Source of the DNA: Spirochaetota bacterium
Lineage (GTDB): Bacteria; Spirochaetota; Spirochaetia; Treponematales; UBA12059
Assembly (NCBI GenBank): GCA_018815555.1
Contig: JAHIWF010000087.1
Coordinates: 35,117-99,116, forward strand
Reading direction: 5' to 3'
Length of the DNA stretch: 64,000 nt
The notes below the pieces were generated by a model. The model was not told the DNA's origin. It did not search any database and saw nothing but the letters and a program-made list of their open reading frames with translations. The translations under genes and the position numbers were made by a program. How positions within the stretch are numbered: the stretch's first letter is position 1; the number at the start of each line of letters is the position of its first letter. Shown in pieces: positions 48,746-56,840 of this stretch.

Positions 48746-49434
48746 TTTTTGGCTTTCCTTCGTATAGCATCTACATGCTGGCGGATTTCGCTGTTTTCGG
48801 GCAATGCCCTTACAGCTTTACCGATAAAACGGGCCGCCTGCTCGATACGGTTAAGCTTAAAATACACCCAACCCACAGAATCTTGATAGGCTATATTATT
48901 GGGATCTGCCGCCATAGCAGTCTCACAATAGCGCAGAGCCCGCGGCAATTCGGTGTTTAAGCAGGCCATGATATAGCCGCAGCCATTGAGGGCGGTCTTG
49001 TTTTCCGGATCAAGCTGAACCGCCTTGCGATAACACTCCAAGGCTTCTTCTTTGCGGCCCTGTGCCCATAAAGAATACCCCAGCCCTGAAAGGCTGCGGG
49101 CAGATTCGCCATAATCACTAATTATTTTTTTAAGTTCATATTCGGCGAGTTTATTGCGATCGGTAATGGAATATATGTAGGCCAAGGCAAAGCGACACTG
49201 CTCTATTCTGGCATCGTTAATACCCGAGGTTACCAATTGCTCGAGATAGAGCAAGGCCTCGTCATATTTATTCATCCGGATATAACACAAGCCCAGTAAG
49301 TAAGCCAAGTCGAGATAGTCATCCTCATCGACTACGGCTGCGGCAAGAGTAAGCAATGCTGAATCATAATCACCGGCCCTGTAATCAGCCATGGCGTCTT
49401 CGATTGCCTTGCGGCCTTGCTGGGCTTTAGTCAT
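48742..49434 (-). CDS. TPR-repeat protein
   Basis: The ATG at 49434 overlaps the surE stop (ATGA), and its own stop overlaps the downstream start by 4 nt. It has about 6 TPR units. Confidence 0.8.
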   Translation of the reverse strand: MTKAQQGRKAIEDAMADYRAGDYDSALLTLAAAVVDEDDYLDLAYLLGLCYIRMNKYDEALLYLEQLVTSGINDARIEQCRFALAYIYSITDRNKLAEYELKKIISDYGESARSLSGLGYSLWAQGRKEEALECYRKAVQLDPENKTALNGCGYIMACLNTELPRALRYCETAMAADPNNIAYQDSVGWVYFKLNRIEQAARFIGKAVRALPENSEIRQHVDAIRRKAKK

Positions 49435-50162
49435 GATAATCCCTCCGTATCGACCTGGAAGGTCTGGGGGTACACAGCTACCAGCGACAATGAGGCGAAC
49501 CCCTGACTGATAGCCCAATCATCACTGCCTTCCTGGGGCTGCGAATGGACCCGGCCATCTGTATACATGCAATAGTGATGATCGCCCTTGGTTTCAATGA
49601 TACGCAGGGTATCTTCATAAATGCGACGTGAAAGTGTTGTCCATACTGCTGTATACTCAGTGCCGTCAGGGGCTGATGGTGCGTTTATATTAAGGAAACT
49701 GTGTTGGCGAAGCTGTTTCTGTAACGATGCCAATCCAGAATGTACGAATTCAGCCAGTGCCGAATAGTTGAACGGCGGCTTGAAGCTGGCCAGCGAAACT
49801 GCGATTCCCGGCAAACCGAGCATGGCAGCCTGCCGGGCTGCGGCGGCGGTTCCGGAGTAGATAAGATCGGTACCAAGATTAGGACCCCGGTTGATACCGG
49901 AAATGACAAGTTCCGGCTGGAAGGGAATGGCCTTATGCGAACACAGAAGGACACAATCCACCGGAGTACCTGAGCAACTGTAATAATCAGTATCGATACG
50001 AGTAACCGTAAGCGGATCACGCAGTGTCATGGCATGGCTTTGAGCAGAGCGCTCACGGTCCGGGGCAAAAATGCACACCTCATGAGAACGCCTAAGCACT
50101 TTAGCCAATACAAGCAATCCCTCGGCATTATAACCATCATCATTGGTAAGGAGAATTTTCAT
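49431..50162 (-). CDS. surE: 5'/3'-nucleotidase SurE
   Basis: MKILLTNDDGYNAEGL, SGINRGPNLG and YSGTAAAARQA are canonical SurE motifs. Confidence 0.9.
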   Translation of the reverse strand: MKILLTNDDGYNAEGLLVLAKVLRRSHEVCIFAPDRERSAQSHAMTLRDPLTVTRIDTDYYSCSGTPVDCVLLCSHKAIPFQPELVISGINRGPNLGTDLIYSGTAAAARQAAMLGLPGIAVSLASFKPPFNYSALAEFVHSGLASLQKQLRQHSFLNINAPSAPDGTEYTAVWTTLSRRIYEDTLRIIETKGDHHYCMYTDGRVHSQPQEGSDDWAISQGFASLSLVAVYPQTFQVDTEGLS

Positions 50163-50200
50163 CAGGGCTCCATATTATAGCGAGCTGATCCGGTGAGCTT

Positions 50201-51385
50201 TCAGGCCTCTGTACCGGAAAACGAAGGAGTATACATATTCAAGCCGTTGCCGCATTGTGCCTCCCAGTAGACCGGCTTGAAACCAAAGATTCTTTCATAT
50301 TCCTCGAGCCGTTTGAGGTAGTCAGCCTTTGCACTAGCCTGCATTATGGTAAGTGTGCAGCCGCCAAAGCCTTTGCCGACCATGCGACTGGCCAGAACAC
50401 CATCAATCTCCAAGGCACGTTTTATAAGCCAGTCTACCTCGGGGCAGGAGATTTCGTAGTGATTCCGCAATCCAGCTTGCGATTTATTGATAAGCCTGCC
50501 TGCAGCAGCCAAATCGCGGGTTCCGGCCGCCTCACGCAACTCGCGGATTCGCTGAATCTCCTCGAGCATGAACATGCAATGCCGTCGGGTACTCTCAGGT
50601 ATGATTCCAGTATACTCATCCAGTTCTTCCATATCTATATCGCGCAGTCGACGCTGACCTTTGCGCAAACGCTGAACTACATGCTGAAAATCACCTATAC
50701 GGCTCTCTATCTCGTTATCGATAGGTACGCGGGGAACTTTGGAATCGGTAAATACCAATATGTAGTCAGAAAATAAATAAGGCAGGGGTTCAACCCACTC
50801 TTTGGCTTCATCAATATATAACATGGAATCAGCCCTGGCCTGCACCAGTGCTGTGTACTCGGCCAACACCGCACGGCGTTCAAAATATTCGGTATCAAGC
50901 TTGAGTGCGATTTTTTCCAGTTCACCGGGAGAGCAGGCGCAACCGACAAGGTTGGCCACTGCGGCAATGGCGGCGCACACCAGAGCTTTGGATGCCCCAA
51001 AGCCAAGATTATGAGGAATATTTCCGGTTATGGTAATGTTATATCCGTGTTCCAGATGCGTTTGATGTTGAAAGGCGAAGAAGGCGCATTTTACCAGATT
51101 GGCCCAGCGATCTTCACGTTTGTATTTAAGATTGGAAAGATTTGTGCGCTTCCGTTCGTTAATGTCTGCCGAAAAAAAACGTACAGAGGTATCCTTACGG
51201 GCAGAAATGGCCACTGCAGCATACATATCAAGCGGCAGTGCGATGTAAAGCCCCTCGGTTTCTATCAACTGTTCACCTAAAAGTCTGACTATTGAGGGGG
51301 CGGCTACAATGACATCCGGCAGGGCATCGTATTCCTGAGCATGTAAAGATGATATACGTTCAGTTATGGTATCTGTCGGGTTCAT
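50201..51385 (-). CDS. galactokinase-family (GHMP) protein with substituted active-site motifs
   Basis: It is colinear with the GalK motifs but altered. APSIVRLLGEQLIETEGLYIALP replaces APGRVNLIGEHTDYNxGxVLP. GNIPHNLGFGASKAL replaces GNVPxGAGLSSSA. RMVGKGFGGCTLTIM is retained (compare RMTGGGFGGC). ATG at 51385; the track start at 51409 is a TTG. Confidence 0.8.
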   Translation of the reverse strand: MNPTDTITERISSLHAQEYDALPDVIVAAPSIVRLLGEQLIETEGLYIALPLDMYAAVAISARKDTSVRFFSADINERKRTNLSNLKYKREDRWANLVKCAFFAFQHQTHLEHGYNITITGNIPHNLGFGASKALVCAAIAAVANLVGCACSPGELEKIALKLDTEYFERRAVLAEYTALVQARADSMLYIDEAKEWVEPLPYLFSDYILVFTDSKVPRVPIDNEIESRIGDFQHVVQRLRKGQRRLRDIDMEELDEYTGIIPESTRRHCMFMLEEIQRIRELREAAGTRDLAAAGRLINKSQAGLRNHYEISCPEVDWLIKRALEIDGVLASRMVGKGFGGCTLTIMQASAKADYLKRLEEYERIFGFKPVYWEAQCGNGLNMYTPSFSGTEA

Positions 51386-51397
51386 ATATGTTAGACC

Positions 51398-51426
51398 ATA
51401 ATACAGCAAAATGAACGGTACAGCAA
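51398..51426 (-). promoter_or_regulatory. candidate promoter of the galK-like/surE/TPR/NHL operon
   Basis: The minus strand reads TTGCTG (51426-51421), a 17-nt spacer, TATTAT (51403-51398), then 12 nt to the ATG at 51385. There is no SD, so the leader would be about 5 nt. Confidence 0.45.
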
Positions 51427-51505
51427 CGATTTTTTTCCAAACATCTGTTGATTAGTGCTTAAGTCAGGTTAAAAACTGCGTGGAGTATCCGTCGGCAAAT
51501 ATTTT

Positions 51506-51534
51506 TTGACATTTATGGCCGGACAGTATATAAT
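51506..51534 (+). promoter_or_regulatory. perfect-consensus sigma70 promoter abutting a start codon
   Basis: TTGACA (51506-51511), a 17-nt spacer, TATAAT (51529-51534), then 7 nt (ATGTTCC), then the ATG at 51542. There is no SD. Confidence 0.6.
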
Positions 51535-51541
51535 ATGTTCC

Positions 51542-52135
51542 ATGTGTACTCAATGCCGACACGGATTTTTCATAGTGGCTAGTATTGCTATCTTGATGTT
51601 CCTCGCCGCCTGTGTTAACGAGCCTGAACCGGCTCCGGAACCAGATCCGGTGGATGTAGCAGTGATCGAAGTACAACCGGAACCGATTCCTGAGCCGATC
51701 CCTGAACCAGAACCCGATCCGATTTCCGAAGAAATTGAGTTTGATCCTCAGCAAGTAAGTCAGGAATTGCGCGAAGCCACCCTATTCGACATAAAAGACT
51801 TCATCGGTACACTGAACAGTATTATACAAAGTCAAGATTATGAACGATGGTTTACTAATCTTACCGATACTTATATAGAATATTATTCGTCTGAAGAATC
51901 TTTGTCAGAGTTGTCCCAGATGTTCGTCATACGTCGACAGGGTATCGTACTGCGATCTTTGAAGGACTATTTTATATATGTGGTGTATCCTTCGCGTCAG
52001 AATGACAAGGTTGACGAGATTGAGTTCATAGGACAGAATCTGGTGAGAGCCTTTACCTACAGCCCCAAAGGAGACCGACTGGTACTCTATACGCTGCAGA
52101 AGGTCGGGGACACTTGGAAAATAACGCGACAATAA
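51542..52135 (+). CDS. putative lipoprotein with Pro/Glu-rich tether
   Basis: The ATG at 51542 gives MCTQCRHGFFIVASIAILMFLAAC (lipobox LAAC), then the EPEPAPEPDPV..PEPIPEPIPEPEPDP linker and a globular C-terminal domain. Confidence 0.65.
   Translation: MCTQCRHGFFIVASIAILMFLAACVNEPEPAPEPDPVDVAVIEVQPEPIPEPIPEPEPDPISEEIEFDPQQVSQELREATLFDIKDFIGTLNSIIQSQDYERWFTNLTDTYIEYYSSEESLSELSQMFVIRRQGIVLRSLKDYFIYVVYPSRQNDKVDEIEFIGQNLVRAFTYSPKGDRLVLYTLQKVGDTWKITRQ
51674..51725 (+). repeat. imperfect 12-nt tandem repeat encoding (E/D)P(I/E)P units
   Basis: The DNA CAACCGGAACCGATTCCT GAGCCGATCCCT GAACCAGAACCC GATCCGATT is coding low-complexity sequence, not a CRISPR array. Confidence 0.5.
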
Positions 52136-52149
52136 TTCGGGAGGTTTTA

Positions 52150-52872
52150 ATGCATTCTGCCAAAACAAGACTGACGTTCCTGCTTCTGGCTCTCATCATG
52201 TCACTGTCACTGGTTGCCCAGGGCACTGGCAGCGAGCGTACTGTTGAGGAAGCGTATCTGCAGCAGTCCCTGGAAGGGATGATAATCCGTGAGCAGGCCT
52301 ATGCTGAAAGCAAGGACATGAAGCTGATTGCCCTGCAGTATATCCGCCAGGCTGTTGACGAAGGCCGGGCTACCCAGGAGATTCAACAGGCACTGGAATT
52401 CCTTTCCACTGAAGGCATTCTTGATATGACCCGCAGTGCGGGACTCGGCCGCCCTCTGAACAATTATCCTGATGTACGCCGCGAGGCCGCTCTGATTCTC
52501 GGTGATTTCAAGACCAAAGAGGCAAAAGACACCTTGGTAAAACTGGCACTGGCTGATAATGAACCCATGGTAATTGCAGCAGCTCTGCGTTCTTTAGGAA
52601 AAATCGGCATGATAGAGAATGATGATGTAACCCAGGTTATTTCATTTATCGTCAGCCGTTGGGATGTACTTATGCCGGACAATATTCTGGCTTTTGAGAG
52701 TCTGGTTGCCCTAGAAGCCCTTGCAGACCAGAATAACGGCCTGGAGGATCCGGCAGCGGTTCGGGCTATTCTGCGTATCGCCGAAGGAAACTATATTACT
52801 CCGGTAAAACAAAAAGCCCGCGAGCTGCTAAATAAACTGCGAACCATGACAGCGAATAACGCCGGGAAGTAA
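52150..52872 (+). CDS. secreted HEAT-repeat protein
   Basis: GGGAGG lies 6 nt before the ATG at 52150. Signal peptide MHSAKTRLTFLLLALIMSLSLVAQG. HEAT/PBS-lyase-like units are present (DVRREAALILGDFKTKEAKDTLVKLALADNEPMVIAAALRSLGKIG). Confidence 0.7.
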   Translation: MHSAKTRLTFLLLALIMSLSLVAQGTGSERTVEEAYLQQSLEGMIIREQAYAESKDMKLIALQYIRQAVDEGRATQEIQQALEFLSTEGILDMTRSAGLGRPLNNYPDVRREAALILGDFKTKEAKDTLVKLALADNEPMVIAAALRSLGKIGMIENDDVTQVISFIVSRWDVLMPDNILAFESLVALEALADQNNGLEDPAAVRAILRIAEGNYITPVKQKARELLNKLRTMTANNAGK

Positions 52873-52904
52873 ACTTACGTTCTGAATTACTCAATACTGA
52901 TAAC

Positions 52905-52937
52905 AAAAACCGCCTGTCTGGCGGTTTTTGCTTTTTA
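52905..52937 (+). terminator. intrinsic terminator after the HEAT-repeat gene
   Basis: AAAAACCGCC-TGTCT-GGCGGTTTTT followed by GCTTTTT. Confidence 0.7.
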
Positions 52938-52956
52938 TACCGGCTTTCATTATATT
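52928..52956 (+). promoter_or_regulatory. candidate promoter for the 54-aa ORF
   Basis: TTGCTT (52928-52933), a 17-nt spacer, then TATATT (52951-52956), about 20 nt upstream of the ATG at 52978. Confidence 0.4.
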
Positions 52957-52977
52957 AGGTGTATAAGGAGGAGCGCT

Positions 52978-53142
52978 ATGAACTCCATGGAAATTGATTC
53001 TGTTCAGCAGGCTCCCGCTGTACTTCCTGTCATGCCGCCTGCGACTGAAACGAACAAACCTGTAGAAGAACGTCCGGCCGAAGAACAACGACCGCTTGAA
53101 GACAGAGACATCTACGGACAAAATATCGATACATACGCATAA
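52978..53142 (+). CDS. small acidic Pro-rich protein, 54 aa (absent from the ORF track, which appears to list only ORFs of 60 aa or more)
   Basis: AAGGAGGAG ends 5 nt before the ATG. Hand translation gives MNSMEIDSVQQAPAVLPVMPPATETNKPVEERPAEEQRPLEDRDIYGQNIDTYA with a TAA stop at 53140. It has its own candidate promoter, and the ABC-F gene converges on it. Confidence 0.5.
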   Translation: MNSMEIDSVQQAPAVLPVMPPATETNKPVEERPAEEQRPLEDRDIYGQNIDTYA

Positions 53143-53167
53143 TGTTGTATGCCCGGCAGGTGTGCCT

Positions 53168-54787
53168 CTAGTGCTGCCCGCTTTTTTCAAGATAATATTG
53201 ATAGTCACCTTCATAGACATGTAAACTGCCGTGGTCAATTTCGAATACGCGGTTTACAAGATGCCGTAAAAAATAACGGTCATGACTGACCAGCATGATG
53301 GTTCCATCGAATTCCTGCAACGCTTCCAGTAAAACTTCGCGGCTCTGAATATCCAGATGGTTGGTCGGTTCGTCCAGAATCAGGAAATTTACCGGTACGG
53401 CCAGCACGCAGGCCAGCATAACCCGGCTTTTTTCACCACCTGAGAGTACCGAAATTTTCTTGTCTACATCGTCGCCGGAAAACTGAAATGCACCCAGCAG
53501 ATTTTTTATACTGCCACTTGAGGCCTGTGGCAGGCGTTCGGCCAATTCGTCGAAAATGCTGAAGCCGGGACGTAAAATATCTGAGGAGTATTGGCTGAAA
53601 TAGCCTGTGTACAAACTGGCACCCAGGCGGCAGGTTCCGGAATCCGCCGTAGTTAACCCGTAGATCAATGAAAGCAGAGTAGATTTGCCGGCACCATTGA
53701 TGCCAGTAACAGCGATACGGTTGCCGCGGCTGACTATGCCGCTCAGGCCAGAAAAAACCGGCTGCACCCCACCATCAGCGCGGGGCCAGCTTTTGGTCAA
53801 CTTGTCAAAAACCAGGACCTGGTCGCCGGAACGCTGGCAGCGGGCAAATTGCAGCTTTAATGATTTAGGATCAAGCGGCAGCTCCACACGCTCAATTTTA
53901 TCCAGCATTTTCACCCGTGACTGCACCTGGGCGGCATGCGAAGCCCGGGCGGCAAAGCGGGCGATGAACTCTTCGTCTTTGGCAAAGGTGGCCTGCTGCC
54001 GCTTGAAGGTGGCCAGGAGCTGCTCCCGGCGGATTTCGCGCTCACGCAGGTAAAAATCGTAATCACCGGAAAAAGTGCTGATTTTGCCGGCACTGACTTC
54101 GACAGTCCGGGTACACAGCCGGGTCATGAACTCGCGGTCATGACTGATCATTACCAGATCTCCAGTAAAGGAACGCAGCCATTCTTCCAGCCAGACTATC
54201 GACTCGACATCCAGATGGTTGGTTGGTTCGTCCATCAGCAGCAGGTCAGGATTAAGCACCAGAATTTTAGCTAAAGCGATGCGCATTTTCCAGCCGCCAG
54301 AAAAGTACTGCACCGGCTCATGATAACGATCCGGTCCGATGCCCAGACCGGTAAGTATAGTCGCGGCGCGATTTTCCAGATTGTACCCGTCGTGATGCAG
54401 GAACTCGTTTTGCAGTTCGCCATACTGTTCCATCTCTGCGTTGGAAAGCCCCTGCCCGTCGGGATCGGCCATGCGGTGCTCCAGTTCTGCCAGAGTCTGA
54501 GAGATTGACCACAAAGTTCCGGCCCCGGATAGCACTTCTTCCAAGGCACTGCCACCCTGCATTTCGCCGACGTCCTGGGAGAAGTATCCGATAACGGTAC
54601 CTGGATCAATGGAAATGGTACCGGCATCGGCCTTCTCCTGTCCGGTGATTATGCGGAAAAGACTGGTTTTTCCAGCGCCATTAGGGCCAACCAGACCAAT
54701 GCGGTCGGTCGGCCTTACTAAAAAATCTTCGTTATCGAATATTGTGCGACTGCCATAGGCAAGATGTAATGAGCTGATTTGAATCAC
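53168..54787 (-). CDS. ABC-F family ATPase (two NBDs, no TM domain; translation-factor type)
   Basis: Walker A GPNGAGKTS and GINGAGKST, signatures FSGGWKMR and LSGGEKSR, and Walker B LLMDEPTNHLD and LILDEPTNHLD. GTG start at 54787 after AGGAG. Confidence 0.9.
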   Translation of the reverse strand: MIQISSLHLAYGSRTIFDNEDFLVRPTDRIGLVGPNGAGKTSLFRIITGQEKADAGTISIDPGTVIGYFSQDVGEMQGGSALEEVLSGAGTLWSISQTLAELEHRMADPDGQGLSNAEMEQYGELQNEFLHHDGYNLENRAATILTGLGIGPDRYHEPVQYFSGGWKMRIALAKILVLNPDLLLMDEPTNHLDVESIVWLEEWLRSFTGDLVMISHDREFMTRLCTRTVEVSAGKISTFSGDYDFYLREREIRREQLLATFKRQQATFAKDEEFIARFAARASHAAQVQSRVKMLDKIERVELPLDPKSLKLQFARCQRSGDQVLVFDKLTKSWPRADGGVQPVFSGLSGIVSRGNRIAVTGINGAGKSTLLSLIYGLTTADSGTCRLGASLYTGYFSQYSSDILRPGFSIFDELAERLPQASSGSIKNLLGAFQFSGDDVDKKISVLSGGEKSRVMLACVLAVPVNFLILDEPTNHLDIQSREVLLEALQEFDGTIMLVSHDRYFLRHLVNRVFEIDHGSLHVYEGDYQYYLEKSGQH

Positions 54788-54864
54788 AGTTTCTCCTGGC
54801 CGCGCAGTATAGCAAAAAGCGGCAGGGTTGTCCTGTGCCCTATTTAGCTACAATGACTACATTG

Positions 54865-54893
54865 CCGCGGCTGCCTACAGAAAGCAGCCGCGG
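54865..54893 (-). terminator. perfect 10-bp GC hairpin after the acyl-CoA ligase stop (no U-tract)
   Basis: CCGCGGCTGC (54865-54874), a 9-nt loop, then GCAGCCGCGG (54884-54893). It starts 12 nt beyond the stop. It lacks a T-run on either strand, so its role as a terminator is uncertain. Confidence 0.35.
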
Positions 54894-54904
54894 TATGCAG
54901 CAGC

Positions 54905-56653
54905 TTAGGTCAGCTGATCACTGCGCGGATACAAGTAGCGTTTGATTTTCAGAGTGGCGGTTTTTTCAAACGGCTGATCATGCAGTACTACTTTTGCGAT
55001 GCGTGAAAATGCAGCCAGCCGGGCATTCGTGCTGGCCCGCAAGTTGGTCAGCAGGCGCTCGGTTTCTGCCCGTGCCGCATGAGTGGCATCGCGGGCAGCA
55101 TTTGAAGCATCACGCATAGCGCCGGCGACAGCATCCTTTGCTCCGGAAAGCAGTACCTTGGCCCGCTCGTTTAGTACCACCAAAGCTACCAGTGCACCAT
55201 CTTTGGCCGCATAGACCAAGGCTTCTTCCACCAGTCCGCTGGAAGCCAGGGTAGATTCTATTTCTTCCGGATAAATGTTCTCGCCGGAGGGTCCCAGAAT
55301 CATGGCCTTGAGACGGCCCTTTACATGCAGCATGCCTTTGGTATCAAAAGCACCAAGATCACCGGTGCGGAACCAGCCGTCAGCCGTAAAAACCTCGGCA
55401 GTACGTTCAGGATCCCGGTAATAACCGGTCATGACATTAGGACCGCGTACCTGGATTTCACCTTCTATATCAGCGGCCATAGTACCCAGACTGGCGGCGG
55501 CTTCATCAGCGGAAGGCGGCATGATACGTACCTCCACACCATCGAGTGCCCGGCCAGTTGAACCCAGTCTGGTTTTACCGGGAATGGCGGCAGCGACCAG
55601 GGGAGAGGTTTCAGTTAAGCCATATCCTATGGCATAGGGGAAACCGGCAGTAAGCAGGAACTGCTCTACATCGCGGGCTAACGAAGCACCGCCAACACCG
55701 AGAAAACGCAGCGAACCACCAAAAGCCGTCTGAAGCTTACGACCAGCCGCTTTAATGGCAAGCTTTTTGGTGGGTGCGAATTTGTACAAAGGATGATTGC
55801 GCAGTTTGGGCTCAACCTTGGCACGATAGAGTTTTTCGATGATGAGCGGCACAATTACCATGACCGTCGGCTTAACCACCAAGAGCGCGGAGGCCAGAAC
55901 AGGGGCTGTCGGCGGCTTGTCAAGATAATACATGGAACAGCCCTGCAAGAGCGGAGTAATCAGCCCCATAGTGCTTTCCAGGGTATGTGCCAGAGGCATT
56001 ACCGAAAGCACTCGGTCTTTTGGATACAAGGGAAATACTGCCCGGGTGGCAATTGCGTTGGATACCAGATTCTCGTGGGTTAGCATTACACCTTTGGAAT
56101 TTCCCGAGGTGCCGGAAGTATAAAGGATTGCAGCAAGATCGGAAGCCGCGAGAGCATACCCGGGCAATTTGGAAGCTGACTGACGAAACTCTTTGTGCAC
56201 CGCTCCGGCGTTTATGCGGGCATCAATACCGGAATTGTCCATTGCGTCAATCTGCAGTAAGGGAAGCGATTCATCGAGCTGTAACAACTTGGACATGGTT
56301 TTCTCGGTGGCACAAATCGCTTTAATTTCGGCATGCACGGCAACATTGGCAATCTGTTCGGGCAGAAAATCCACCAGCACCGGAACCACAACAGCTCCGG
56401 CCAGCACAATACCGAAATAAGCAACTGCCCACTCCGGCCGGTTTTCGGCAAGCAGCAGTACTCGGTCTCCAGCTTGTATGCCCATATCACCTAATAAAAC
56501 CGCAAAACGACCGGCAGCGGCAGCTAGCCCGGCATAGTCATAATGTTCATGTATTGACCCATCCTGCACCCTACAGAGGGCGGTTTTAGTGCCAAAGGTC
56601 TTGCTGGCAGCAGCCAGCAAAACCGGCAGTGTATTTCTTTCCAGTTGTACCAT
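54905..56653 (-). CDS. long-chain fatty-acid--CoA ligase (AMP-binding/ANL superfamily)
   Basis: AMP-binding signature YTSGTSGNSKGV, plus GYGLTE and TGDLG. AAGGAG lies 5 nt before the ATG at 56653. There is an Ala/Arg-rich insertion near the C-terminus. Confidence 0.85.
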   Translation of the reverse strand: MVQLERNTLPVLLAAASKTFGTKTALCRVQDGSIHEHYDYAGLAAAAGRFAVLLGDMGIQAGDRVLLLAENRPEWAVAYFGIVLAGAVVVPVLVDFLPEQIANVAVHAEIKAICATEKTMSKLLQLDESLPLLQIDAMDNSGIDARINAGAVHKEFRQSASKLPGYALAASDLAAILYTSGTSGNSKGVMLTHENLVSNAIATRAVFPLYPKDRVLSVMPLAHTLESTMGLITPLLQGCSMYYLDKPPTAPVLASALLVVKPTVMVIVPLIIEKLYRAKVEPKLRNHPLYKFAPTKKLAIKAAGRKLQTAFGGSLRFLGVGGASLARDVEQFLLTAGFPYAIGYGLTETSPLVAAAIPGKTRLGSTGRALDGVEVRIMPPSADEAAASLGTMAADIEGEIQVRGPNVMTGYYRDPERTAEVFTADGWFRTGDLGAFDTKGMLHVKGRLKAMILGPSGENIYPEEIESTLASSGLVEEALVYAAKDGALVALVVLNERAKVLLSGAKDAVAGAMRDASNAARDATHAARAETERLLTNLRASTNARLAAFSRIAKVVLHDQPFEKTATLKIKRYLYPRSDQLT

Positions 56654-56733
56654 AAAAACTCCTTGTGGGCAGCAAAACAGCACCCATGTTACAAGAATAC
56701 CATAGAAACGGTCTGTCGGATATACACAAACAC

Positions 56734-56751
56734 AACATTTGTCAAAATGTT
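56734..56751. promoter_or_regulatory. 7-4-7 perfect palindrome, operator-like, in the ligase/MFS divergent region
   Basis: The palindrome is AACATTT-GTCA-AAATGTT. The minus strand reads TTGACA across its centre, a possible -35 for the ligase gene. Confidence 0.35.
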
Positions 56752-56840
56752 TACAAAGGCTAGGCTAAGCCACAGTGCCTCCAAAAACTCAGGCACGCAG
56801 CATACTAGTCCGGCAAATCGGCTTTAGATATGATATAGCA

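Noticed and set aside
51620-51730. Short periodic DNA repeats (GAACCG/GATCC units), considered as a possible CRISPR array or VNTR.
   Set aside because: The 12-nt period is in frame inside a CDS and encodes a Pro/Glu linker. There are no spacers and no cas genes anywhere in the window.
52891-53238. Minus-strand 115-aa ORF.
   Set aside because: It overlaps the ABC-F 3' end, a terminator and the better-supported 54-aa + ORF. Its composition is not protein-like.
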